Assembly (NCBI GenBank): GCA_963833485.1
Contig: CAWHXT010000006.1
Location: 31,900 to 95,899 of the forward strand
Reading direction: 5' to 3'
From: an uncultured Candidatus Micrarchaeota archaeon
Lineage (GTDB): Archaea; Micrarchaeota; Micrarchaeia; Micrarchaeales; CABMGC01
DNA: 64,000 nucleotides
The notes beneath the pieces were generated by a model. That model worked only from the letters and a program-made list of their open reading frames with translations, did no database searches and had not been told where the DNA came from. Each line of letters starts with the position of its first letter. Position 1 is the first letter of the stretch. The position numbers and the translations under genes were made by a program. Shown here piece after piece: positions 52,271 through 60,471 of the stretch.

Positions 52271-53191
52271 ATGGCTAAGAAAATAAGTATAGTTATACCA
52301 ACAATAGAGGAACCAACGGTGTTTGAACTTATTGATGAGATAAGGTCAAAGCTTGGAAAAAACACTGAGATAATCATAGTAGATAAGAGCAGTGATGAAT
52401 ACTATAACAAGGTCAAGGCAGCGGGCGTGAAGGTAATCAGGCAGACAGACAAGGGGGTAGAGAGCGCGATCATGCAGGGACTTAGAGCAGCCCATGGGGA
52501 TCTGCTTGCGAGCACAGATGCAGATGGTACACACGGTTTCGAGGGTATAATAGACGGTATCAAGCTTGTAGAAGCGGGAAAGGCCGACTTCGTGTTAGGG
52601 AACAGATTTGGGAAGCTGAAAAAGGGCGCGATGAGCAAACACATATATTTCGGTAACGCTGCGCTTTCCAAGATCTATAGCATAATGTACAAGGTAAAGG
52701 TGAAAGACATACTCACAGGGCTGTTCGTGATGAGCAGGAAGGCGTTCGATTCTATAAGGAACAAGGACACTTACAGAGCTGGAATAGCCTTCTTCGCGAT
52801 AGAAGTCGCAAAGAAAGGATATAAAATTGCTGAGGTCCCTATAAGTTATTACCCAAGAAGAGAGGGGACCGAATCAAAACTTGCAGGAGTCAACCCTAAG
52901 CTTGGGTCAAAAGTATTTTGGGGTGTTAACACGGCATCGCACATGATAAGGATGGCAAGGGACTACAACCCGCTGCTGATATTCGGCGGGCTTGGAGTGA
53001 TACTGATTCTGATAGGGATCGTGATAGGACTAAACGTTGTATTTTCATATTTGGCAACGGGAGTCTTCAACTTCATAGGAAGATCGCTGATCGCGTTCAT
53101 GCTTGTTGTTGTTGGCGTACTTGCGATAATAGGCGGATTCATACTTGACCTGCTTCTTGAAATCGACAAGAAGCTTGAGAAGAAGATGTAA
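52271..53191 (+). CDS. glycosyltransferase family 2, dolichyl-phosphate hexose synthase-like (C-terminal TM anchors)
   Basis: ISIVIPTIEE, IIVDKSSD and STDADGTH motifs, plus two C-terminal TM helices as in Dpm1/AglD-type enzymes. Confidence 0.75.
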   Translation: MAKKISIVIPTIEEPTVFELIDEIRSKLGKNTEIIIVDKSSDEYYNKVKAAGVKVIRQTDKGVESAIMQGLRAAHGDLLASTDADGTHGFEGIIDGIKLVEAGKADFVLGNRFGKLKKGAMSKHIYFGNAALSKIYSIMYKVKVKDILTGLFVMSRKAFDSIRNKDTYRAGIAFFAIEVAKKGYKIAEVPISYYPRREGTESKLAGVNPKLGSKVFWGVNTASHMIRMARDYNPLLIFGGLGVILILIGIVIGLNVVFSYLATGVFNFIGRSLIAFMLVVVGVLAIIGGFILDLLLEIDKKLEKKM

Positions 53192-53288
53192 TTAAGAAAG
53201 GTGTGGGGATGAAAACAAAAACATTGAGACAGAGTGTGAGCTTCAAAGCACCACTGAGCTGCTAAAGAAGTTCTTAGAAGATTTGTAG

Positions 53289-54173
53289 TTAACCGAATCC
53301 CGTAGCCAGGCTTATTATTCCACTGAATATTGCTATCACTCCTAGTATGAAGACTAGGTTTGTTATCCTGCTGTGCCCTGCGAAGGTTATCAGCATTCTT
53401 ATTAGAAATAGGCTGATGACTATCGATATTGCGACCCCTAAGAGTATCACGGGTATCGTGAGCGTGCTCAGTATAACGCCCACCTGAGGGCTTGAGAAAA
53501 GAACGGTTACAAGAGTCGCACCTATAGAAGCGGGAAGCAATGCGAAGAACGAAAGCCTAAACGCCTCCTTCGGATCAGTCTTTAGGAATAGCATGGTTGA
53601 AGTAGTTATGCCAGATCTGCTGATCCCCGGAAGCGCGGATATCCCCTGTGCGATACCTATGAGAATAAGGTCTTTGATGTTAAGCTCCTTCAGTACTTTT
53701 GTCTTTGTGAATTTTATCCTTGCGATCTTTATGAGAAGCCCGTCGACTATCAGGAGTATCCCAAGCGCGATCATCGGAACGCCTATGACAGGGCCTGTGA
53801 AAGAGGACACCACGAACAAGTAGATTGGTATTGCTATGATCGTCGTCACTATAGTTACGACTATCAGGTAACGCAAGAGCAGCCATCCATCGCTTCCCCC
53901 TTTTCCAACTATTGCGAGAAGTGCCTTTGCAACCTCTTTCCTGAAGTAGATCAGAGCAGCAAGGAAGGTTCCCCCCTCAAGGAAGAGACCGAGGGTGTAC
54001 GCCTGCGAAAAGTTGAAGTTGAGAAGTATGTTTGAAGCAATGAGAAGCTGCGTCTTGCTGCTTATCGGTAGCCATTCGCTTATTCCTTGTATTATCCCGA
54101 GTATTATTCCGACTAGCACCTTGTAAGCGTAGGTGTAAGCCAACAATATTTTTAGATACAGCATCGATGTCAC
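53289..54173 (-). CDS. uppP: undecaprenyl/dolichyl-diphosphate phosphatase (UppP/BacA family)
   Basis: 294 aa with GIIQGISEWLPISSKTQL and PGISRSGITTST motifs. Confidence 0.85.
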   Translation of the reverse strand: MTSMLYLKILLAYTYAYKVLVGIILGIIQGISEWLPISSKTQLLIASNILLNFNFSQAYTLGLFLEGGTFLAALIYFRKEVAKALLAIVGKGGSDGWLLLRYLIVVTIVTTIIAIPIYLFVVSSFTGPVIGVPMIALGILLIVDGLLIKIARIKFTKTKVLKELNIKDLILIGIAQGISALPGISRSGITTSTMLFLKTDPKEAFRLSFFALLPASIGATLVTVLFSSPQVGVILSTLTIPVILLGVAISIVISLFLIRMLITFAGHSRITNLVFILGVIAIFSGIISLATGFG

Positions 54174-54212
54174 TGAAATATTAGAGATATGCTCAGAAGA
54201 TTAATAAACAGA

Positions 54213-54746
54213 TTACTGCTTCTTCAGCATGTCAAAGTACAGCTTCCTGAACTTTGCCACCTTCGGTCTCACTATGAATATGCAGTATGGTTGAAGTGGA
54301 TTCTTCTTGAAGTAATTTTGGTGTTCATCTTCAGCCTTGTAAAACTTCGTAAGTGGCTTGAGCTCTGTGACAGCGGGCTTGCCCCAGATCTTCGAATCGT
54401 TAACCTCCTTTATCACTTGCTGAGCCACTTTCTTCTGTTCATCATTATCGTAGAATATAATAGATCTGTACTCTGAGCCAGTATCATTTCCCTGCCTGTT
54501 CAAAGTGGTTGGATCATGAATTGTAAAGAATATCTGAAGTAGCTGCTTGTAAGTTATAATCTTGGGATCGAACGTTACTTGCACCACTTCGGCGTGGCCA
54601 GTTTCACCAGTGCAGACATCCCAATACGAAGGATTTTGGAGATTTCCTCCAGCATAACCTGACTCTACTTTTTCCACTCCTTTAAGCTCGATGAATGCGG
54701 CTTCCAAACACCAGAAGCACCCCCCACCAAGGGTTGCCGTTTCCAT
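54213..54746 (-). CDS. msrA: peptide methionine (S)-sulfoxide reductase MsrA
   Basis: 177 aa with [12 protein letters not shown] and [12 protein letters not shown]. Confidence 0.92.
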   Translation of the reverse strand: METATLGGGCFWCLEAAFIELKGVEKVESGYAGGNLQNPSYWDVCTGETGHAEVVQVTFDPKIITYKQLLQIFFTIHDPTTLNRQGNDTGSEYRSIIFYDNDEQKKVAQQVIKEVNDSKIWGKPAVTELKPLTKFYKAEDEHQNYFKKNPLQPYCIFIVRPKVAKFRKLYFDMLKKQ

Positions 54747-54781
54747 GCAGAGTCATATGGATTCAAAATTTATAATGATTA

Positions 54782-55243
54782 CTACTTGCCTGCTTCGGTG
54801 ATTATCTGTGCCGTAATGATTCCTTTTTCCTGCTTAGTCAAGTCGTGCAGCCTTTTGAGATTGTCTAAATGCTTGTCACATGCGCCGACCTTCACCTGTA
54901 TCCAGTTTGGTTCATTCTCACGATAATCGAGCCAGGCCCCGTTTTCGAACATCGCAACAACTCGCTCTCCAGCATCTTTGGATCGCATGAATCCACTAAC
55001 ATTATTGTATAATTTTCTTTTTCCTCCACACACAAAGCAACCTGGCGTTACATCCAATCCAATCCCTCTAGACATGAAAAATTCACCTTCTTTGGGCCTT
55101 TCATCTTGCTTGTCTAATGGTGGGCGTACTGGATCAATTCCACAGGATATGAAAACAGGTGCGCTGATGCGTACCCCATCTGGCTTTCTCAAAACTTCAG
55201 ATGGATCAGGTATCTCATCTTTGGGATCTCTTAATCTCGGCAT
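54782..55243 (-). CDS. hypothetical protein with four Cys (possible metal site)
   Basis: 153-aa ORF with CFVCGGKRKLYNN and VGACDKHLDNL. No family recognised. Confidence 0.5.
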   Translation of the reverse strand: MPRLRDPKDEIPDPSEVLRKPDGVRISAPVFISCGIDPVRPPLDKQDERPKEGEFFMSRGIGLDVTPGCFVCGGKRKLYNNVSGFMRSKDAGERVVAMFENGAWLDYRENEPNWIQVKVGACDKHLDNLKRLHDLTKQEKGIITAQIITEAGK

Positions 55244-55320
55244 AATATCATCGAATATTCTCTGTTTTTAGAGTATTTATTAATTGCGTAGATATTTGAA
55301 TTTTGTATAGAGATGAATTG

Positions 55321-55823
55321 TTAACCTTTGACTGCAAAACTTCGGTAGATGTTCCTGTAAAGAGCAAAAATTGACACTACGATGATAAAAATTAGCGAAA
55401 GGATAGCCGGCAGAATAAACGAGGCGTTTTGTGTTATTGCAGCGGTTATAATAATCAGGCCTAGTAAGGAGACGTAGAGGAGCGCAAGGGAGTAAACAGT
55501 GATATTCTACTTATAATCTTGCCTTGCATCACAGGGTCCTTCTCCATTCCGAGTCTGTATACGAACGATGGGAGGTTTATCAGGTATGGGTATTTCTCCA
55601 GAAGGGTGTACCTGAAGCGCAGAATCAGCAGGAAGATGACAAATATTGTTATGAAGATCGCTGGTAATATGAGCAACGTTGCCTTAAGTCCAGAATTAGG
55701 CGCTCCGTGGTAGAAGTATGCGATGAGTAGGATCATGAAGATGTTTATGATTAGCGATGACAGTACTATCATCCTTGCAGCTTTGGATAAGGGATAATGC
55801 TTTACTTTCATTGGCTTTAGCAT
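55321..55823 (-). pseudogene. polytopic membrane protein broken by a frame change near 55500
   Basis: ORF 55461..55823 ends in junk (ISLFTPLRSSTSPY*). A different frame continues as a clean TM sequence, TVYSLALLYVSLLGLIIITAAITQNASFILPAILSLIFIIVVSIFALYRNIYRSFAVKG, to the TAA at 55321-55323. Confidence 0.55.
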
Positions 55824-55938
55824 AATACAGCTTGGAGGCTCTTTTATAAAAAGGGTTGTTTTTGTTACGGAGATAAAGAAAACATTTATATATCTTAATG
55901 TAGTTTAATTAAACTACAAAATAGTATTATGTGATATT

Positions 55939-56772
55939 ATGGCTAAAAAAGACCAAAACACAAAACCAATTGCACAGCCAGCAGCTGAACCTTCGAAGGA
56001 GGAATTCGGAGAGCAAAGGACTCAAAGGTGCATAGAACTGATGAGGCCTGAGGTAAGGGCACTTCTCGATCTCTCGTTTGAAGAGAAGATAAAGAAGTCT
56101 GAGGAGATCATACGGGAGACGTTAAACAAGTTCAAGAATCCTGGAATAGGATTCAGCGGCGGGGCGGACAGCCAAGTGATGTTGCACATCGCATTGAAGG
56201 TGCAGCGCGAAATGGGCCGAGAACATCAAATGCCTCTTCTTTTCGTAGACACTTGGTACGAATTCCCAGAGACTGCAACATTCATAGAACAGATAAGGAC
56301 AAGCTGGGGCGTGGAGAGCCTTACAACTGTGAGGGCGCCATCAGACAAAGTCGAGGAATTCAAGAAAGAATACGGAATGGGGACTCCCGAATTTACCTTA
56401 GCATTCAACAGCTGGCACAAGATCGAGCCGCTTAACCGTGGAGTAAGAACACTGGGGCTTGACGCATTCCTTGGCGGGATAAGAGGGGTAGAACACGAGG
56501 AGAGGGCAAAGGAGAGCATCTTCTCACCAAGGCCAAACATGAATCCACCTCACATAAGAGTTCATCCGATTCTGTTCTGGACAAACAAGGACATAAAGAA
56601 GTACCTAGACGATAACAAGCTGCCTCATCATCCGAACTATGATAAGGGTTATACCTCATTGGGTTCGACTCTTGACACGAGTCCAAACAAGCCTGGCATG
56701 CATGAGAGGGCTGGAAGAGGGGTTGCAAGAGAAAGGATTATGAAGAAGCTAAGAGATTTAGGTTATAACTAA
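55939..56772 (+). CDS. PAPS reductase/adenine-nucleotide alpha-hydrolase family protein
   Basis: 277 aa with the PP-loop GIGFSGGADSQVMLHI. Confidence 0.7.
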   Translation: MAKKDQNTKPIAQPAAEPSKEEFGEQRTQRCIELMRPEVRALLDLSFEEKIKKSEEIIRETLNKFKNPGIGFSGGADSQVMLHIALKVQREMGREHQMPLLFVDTWYEFPETATFIEQIRTSWGVESLTTVRAPSDKVEEFKKEYGMGTPEFTLAFNSWHKIEPLNRGVRTLGLDAFLGGIRGVEHEERAKESIFSPRPNMNPPHIRVHPILFWTNKDIKKYLDDNKLPHHPNYDKGYTSLGSTLDTSPNKPGMHERAGRGVARERIMKKLRDLGYN

Positions 56773-56787
56773 ATAGGGGCTTTCCAA

Positions 56788-57359
56788 ATGAAGACGTTCA
56801 AAGACGAGGATGAACTTTGCCGTGAGATAGTCAAAGCAACCAAGAGAAAGAAAGGTATTTACATAAAAACTGATAAGGACCCTCTTCACATCTTGGTCGT
56901 CTTTTCTGACTATACTGGCACTAACTCTGCTTAACAGGTAGGCTGATTGAAGGAGTCAAGAACGCCGCAAATCTTTTGTCTAAGAAGGTAGTTTTTGTGG
57001 AGATCACTGGTGATACACATGAAACTGTGGAGGGGGAGACTAGAGAGATGGACGGCTTCCTTTACGTGATTAAGAGTAAGAAGCAAGGCCCACAGAAGAG
57101 TGCTATTGTGAAAAGAGTTGCCAAGCAACTTGGGGGATTAAACCACGTAGTGATGGTAGGAAACGGTAAAAACGATGTAGAATCTCTTAGGGCAGTAAAG
57201 CAAGCTGGAGGGGTCAGCATTTGTATAATAGGTACAGATGAGGGGTTCACCCAAGAAGCAGCAAACGCCTCTACAGTATGTATGCTCAGCCCTGTAGACG
57301 CATACATAGACCTTAACGAGAACCAGATTGGGCTATACGCAACTGGGCTTAGAGAGTGA
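56788..57359 (+). pseudogene. HAD-superfamily phosphatase (HAD-IIB-like) with two closely spaced +1 frame changes
   Basis: Frame 0: MKTFKDEDELCREIVKATKRKKGIYIKTDKDPLHILVVFSDYTGT, stop at 56932-56934. Frame +1: LTLLN. Frame +2: GRLIEGVKNAANLLSKKVVFVEITGDTH...VMVGNGKNDVESLRAVKQAGG (ORF 56976..57359). Motif I is degenerate (FSDYTGT) and motif IV is GNGKND. Confidence 0.55.
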
Positions 57360-57366
57360 GATAGAA

Positions 57367-58548
57367 ATGGAAAAGCCAAACATAGTATTTGTAGTTATAG
57401 ACTCGTTCAGGCCGGACCATCTAAGCATGTTCGGCTACAAGAAGGAGACTGACACCAACTTCAAGAAGATAGCGAAGGAGGGGGTGCTTTTCAGAAACCA
57501 GTTCTCTGTTGCTAACGGTACCGCTTCTGCTGTAACCACAATACTATCTGGGCTTTTGCCAACCACTCATGGGGTTTACCATCAGTTCCCTTATACTAAA
57601 GAGATTGAGTATGAGAATGCTGAGAAGATATCGTTCTGGTTTCCAGAGTTCTTGAAGAATAATGGATATCATACGATGGCTTTTGACTGGCTTGGAGAGT
57701 GGTTCGAGAAGGGTTTTGATTATTATAAGGAGAGTGAGGAAGAAACGGATCTGCTCTTTGTGCCTACGAAGACAACAATAGATAACGTCATAGCAAACAT
57801 AAAGAAGTCAAAGAAACCTTTCTTCGCTTTCATGCATTTATGGGACACGCACTTCCCATTCCCAAACACGCCATATAAGGGCAGCGGCAAGAACGAGGCT
57901 GAGAAGATCTTGAGCAGCATAAAGAACGAGAAGCAGAGGGAGTATGTTAAGAAGAGAATGGACGCAATAAAGATGTATACTGTCGAAGATATAGTCGGAA
58001 AGTATGATGAGACGATCAAGATAATGGACAGGGAGGTTGGCAGGCTTTATAACTTCCTAAAGGAAGAGGGAATTTTGGACAACACGATCTTTGTGTTATT
58101 GGGGGATCACGGAGACGTGATAAACGAACATGGAATATACTTCGCGAACTGTGGCATGTTCGACGTAGCAATAAAGGCACCAATGATAATCAGGATACCT
58201 AGTGTAAAACCAGGAGAGACCAAAGAGATGGTCCAGAACGTTGACATAGTACCAACAATCCTCGATTTCATGGGGGTGAAAAAGGAACTTGATGGAAAGT
58301 CAATGCTGCCACTGATGAAAGAGGGTAAGAAAATTAGAGACATGGTGACTCTCGCTGACGCTTTTGCCAATGATGTTAAGGTCGTTAGAACAGAAACTAG
58401 GAAACTGATTGTTGCAAAGGATAACTATTGCAACATGTGCAAAGCCAGTCACCACAATGGGATAGAGGAATATGATTTAGTAAAGGATCCTAAGGAAGAG
58501 AAGAATATCTTCTCAGGTACTTCGGAGCTGCTGAAATATGTTAAGTAG
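57367..58548 (+). CDS. sulfatase-like / alkaline-phosphatase-superfamily hydrolase lacking the CxPxR formylglycine motif
   Basis: NIVFVVIDSFRPDHLSMFGY, FSVANGTASAVTTILSGL (Thr/Ser in the nucleophile position) and LLGDHGD. ATG at 57367. Confidence 0.65.
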   Translation: MEKPNIVFVVIDSFRPDHLSMFGYKKETDTNFKKIAKEGVLFRNQFSVANGTASAVTTILSGLLPTTHGVYHQFPYTKEIEYENAEKISFWFPEFLKNNGYHTMAFDWLGEWFEKGFDYYKESEEETDLLFVPTKTTIDNVIANIKKSKKPFFAFMHLWDTHFPFPNTPYKGSGKNEAEKILSSIKNEKQREYVKKRMDAIKMYTVEDIVGKYDETIKIMDREVGRLYNFLKEEGILDNTIFVLLGDHGDVINEHGIYFANCGMFDVAIKAPMIIRIPSVKPGETKEMVQNVDIVPTILDFMGVKKELDGKSMLPLMKEGKKIRDMVTLADAFANDVKVVRTETRKLIVAKDNYCNMCKASHHNGIEEYDLVKDPKEEKNIFSGTSELLKYVK

Positions 58549-58552
58549 CGAT

Positions 58553-58783
58553 TCAGATCGACTTGATCTCTTTAACTGCTCTCTCAAGCTCCTTCTGCGC
58601 CTTTTGCATGTGCGTTATTACCATCTCTAAGCTATCCTCAAGGCCGTAAGTTATGTCAGTCTTAGACTTCCTGGCTATTCTCCTGCCTATCGTTTTTATA
58701 TTCTTTTGATGTTTCGCCAGATCGCTCGCCATCTTTGAGAGCATGCGGTAGTCCTTGAGAAGCTCAGTGTTTCTTCTTGTCAT
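58553..58783 (-). CDS. small helical hypothetical protein
   Basis: 76-aa charged, coiled-coil-like ORF. No family recognised. Confidence 0.4.
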   Translation of the reverse strand: MTRRNTELLKDYRMLSKMASDLAKHQKNIKTIGRRIARKSKTDITYGLEDSLEMVITHMQKAQKELERAVKEIKSI

Positions 58784-58849
58784 TTTTTCACACCTAATGT
58801 TTGAATAAATAATATATTCTTATATATAGAACACATTAAGAGTGCAAAG

Positions 58850-59254
58850 ATGAAAATTCAACTTCTTGTAGGAGTAATTATCATAGTAGTAGCAGCGGTT
58901 GTAATATTGTTTATATACACTTCAGCTCCAGAAGCGAACGATTTCTACGATTACCCTGCGTGCGTGGGAACTAATACTATTATTTGTACTGTTGGACAGC
59001 GCGTAGGAGCTTTTGGCACTTTTATTATAAAATCCATCAACGCGAATAACACTATAACAGTCTGGCAAATAGAGGTCAGTTACCCAAACGGAAGAATTTT
59101 TACCAGAACAATCGCAGCGGACCATTGGGCGCTTCGCTGTTACAGTGGCTTTGGATTGACTAACGTTACCGACTTGTGGTTGGCTTCGATAAATAGTAGT
59201 AAAGCATTATTTCAGGTCATACCAAATGCAACAGAAAAATGCTACCCCCCTTAA
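58850..59254 (+). CDS. membrane-anchored/secreted hypothetical protein with four Cys
   Basis: 134 aa with an N-terminal TM helix (LLVGVIIIVVAAVVILFIY) and N-x-S/T sequons. Confidence 0.5.
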   Translation: MKIQLLVGVIIIVVAAVVILFIYTSAPEANDFYDYPACVGTNTIICTVGQRVGAFGTFIIKSINANNTITVWQIEVSYPNGRIFTRTIAADHWALRCYSGFGLTNVTDLWLASINSSKALFQVIPNATEKCYPP

Positions 59255-59271
59255 ATTCGCCGTGTGATAAA

Positions 59272-60108
59272 ATGCGAGTAAATAACGACACCGTAAGAAA
59301 ACTTGCAGTCTTTAAACAAGGTTTGGACAAACACCCTACTGAAAAAAATAAGAAAAAGATGCTTGAGATAATTAACAAAATAGGGCTGCTGCAGATCGAT
59401 ACGATTAACGTGGTGGAAAGAAGCCATTATCTTGTAATGTTCAGCAGGCTTGGAAACTACAATGCAGCAGAACTGGACTCTTTGCTCCATCCTGATAGGA
59501 AGCTATTCGAACAGTGGGCGCACGTGGCGTCTATCTTACCAATGAATGATTATCCATATTTTGCGCCTATCATAGCAGCGAGAAGAGAAATCGAGCACAG
59601 AAGGTTAAAGAGGATAGGCAAGAATGCAGATCAACTACTTGCTCAAATATTGAAAAGGATAAAGACAGAGGGTGCGCTTGCTTCGCGACATTTTGATTCA
59701 CAAACAAGAGGCAAAAGCGGCAGTTGGTGGGATTGGAAGCCCCACAAGTTTGCTCTTCAGATACTTTTTGATGAGGGATACTTGATGGTGGACAAGCGGG
59801 TGGCTTTCCAGCGCTACTATGATCTCACAGAACGTGTCCTTCCAAAAGAAATGAGGAATGCCACCATACAGATTGGAGATTCAAAGCGGTGGTTCGTACT
59901 GAAAGCGCTCTCTTGTCTTGGGATAGCAACTGTTAGACAGATTGCTGATTACTATAGGCACAGGTACGAAAGAGACCGCATCCATCTTAGAATCCTTATT
60001 GAGCGAAGGCGCCATAAAGAAAGTGGAGGTAGATGGCTGGGAGGAAAATGCATATTGCAGAAAAGAAGATCTACAAAAAGTCAAGGAGATAGAGAATGGG
60101 GAGCATGA
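59272..60108 (+). CDS. YcaQ/AlkZ-family winged-helix DNA glycosylase-like protein (DUF1006), N-terminal fragment
   Basis: IGLLQIDTINVVERSHYLVMFSRLGNY (Q-phi-D motif context) and FEQWAHVASILPMNDYPYF. After RQIADYYR the frame decays into Arg-rich junk. Confidence 0.65.
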   Translation: MRVNNDTVRKLAVFKQGLDKHPTEKNKKKMLEIINKIGLLQIDTINVVERSHYLVMFSRLGNYNAAELDSLLHPDRKLFEQWAHVASILPMNDYPYFAPIIAARREIEHRRLKRIGKNADQLLAQILKRIKTEGALASRHFDSQTRGKSGSWWDWKPHKFALQILFDEGYLMVDKRVAFQRYYDLTERVLPKEMRNATIQIGDSKRWFVLKALSCLGIATVRQIADYYRHRYERDRIHLRILIERRRHKESGGRWLGGKCILQKRRSTKSQGDREWGA

Positions 60109-60469
60109 ACCGACACTTACTACCTTCTTATCCCCGTTCGATAACCTCATATGGGATAGAAAAAGAACCGAACTGCTATTCAATTTCCATTACAGAATAG
60201 AAGTATACAACTCAGTCAAGAAAAAGAAGAGGGTGTATGGGTATTACGTAATGCCTATACTTCATAATGGCAGACTTGTAGGTAGGATAGATCCCAAGGC
60301 TGAAAGAAGCAGCGGAAGGCTCATAATACACGCAATACATCTTGAACCGAAGCAGAAAGTTACAAAGGAATTGGTTAGAGGCGTAAGAAAAGCCTTAGAA
60401 GAATTCATGTTGTTCAACAAATGCAAAACCTTAGTGATAGAGGGAAAAAATCCTCTGAAAATTGGATGA
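59942..60469 (+). CDS. YcaQ/AlkZ-family protein, C-terminal fragment (+1 frame)
   Basis: GTKETASILESLLSEGAIKKVEVDGWEE...FLSPFDNLIWDRKRTELLFNFHYRIEVYNSVKKKKRVYGYYVMPILHNGRLVGRIDPK is the typical C-terminal half of the family. Confidence 0.65.
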   Translation: MLITIGTGTKETASILESLLSEGAIKKVEVDGWEENAYCRKEDLQKVKEIENGEHEPTLTTFLSPFDNLIWDRKRTELLFNFHYRIEVYNSVKKKKRVYGYYVMPILHNGRLVGRIDPKAERSSGRLIIHAIHLEPKQKVTKELVRGVRKALEEFMLFNKCKTLVIEGKNPLKIG

Positions 60470-60471
60470 AA

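Noticed and set aside
22299-60469. Programmed ribosomal frameshifting as a general explanation for the split genes
   Set aside because: The junctions share no common slippery motif, and the zero frame usually continues for 15-55 codons before its stop. Both +1 and -1 events occur, and several lie inside catalytic motifs. Only the SerRS site (G AAA AAG) resembles a slippery sequence.
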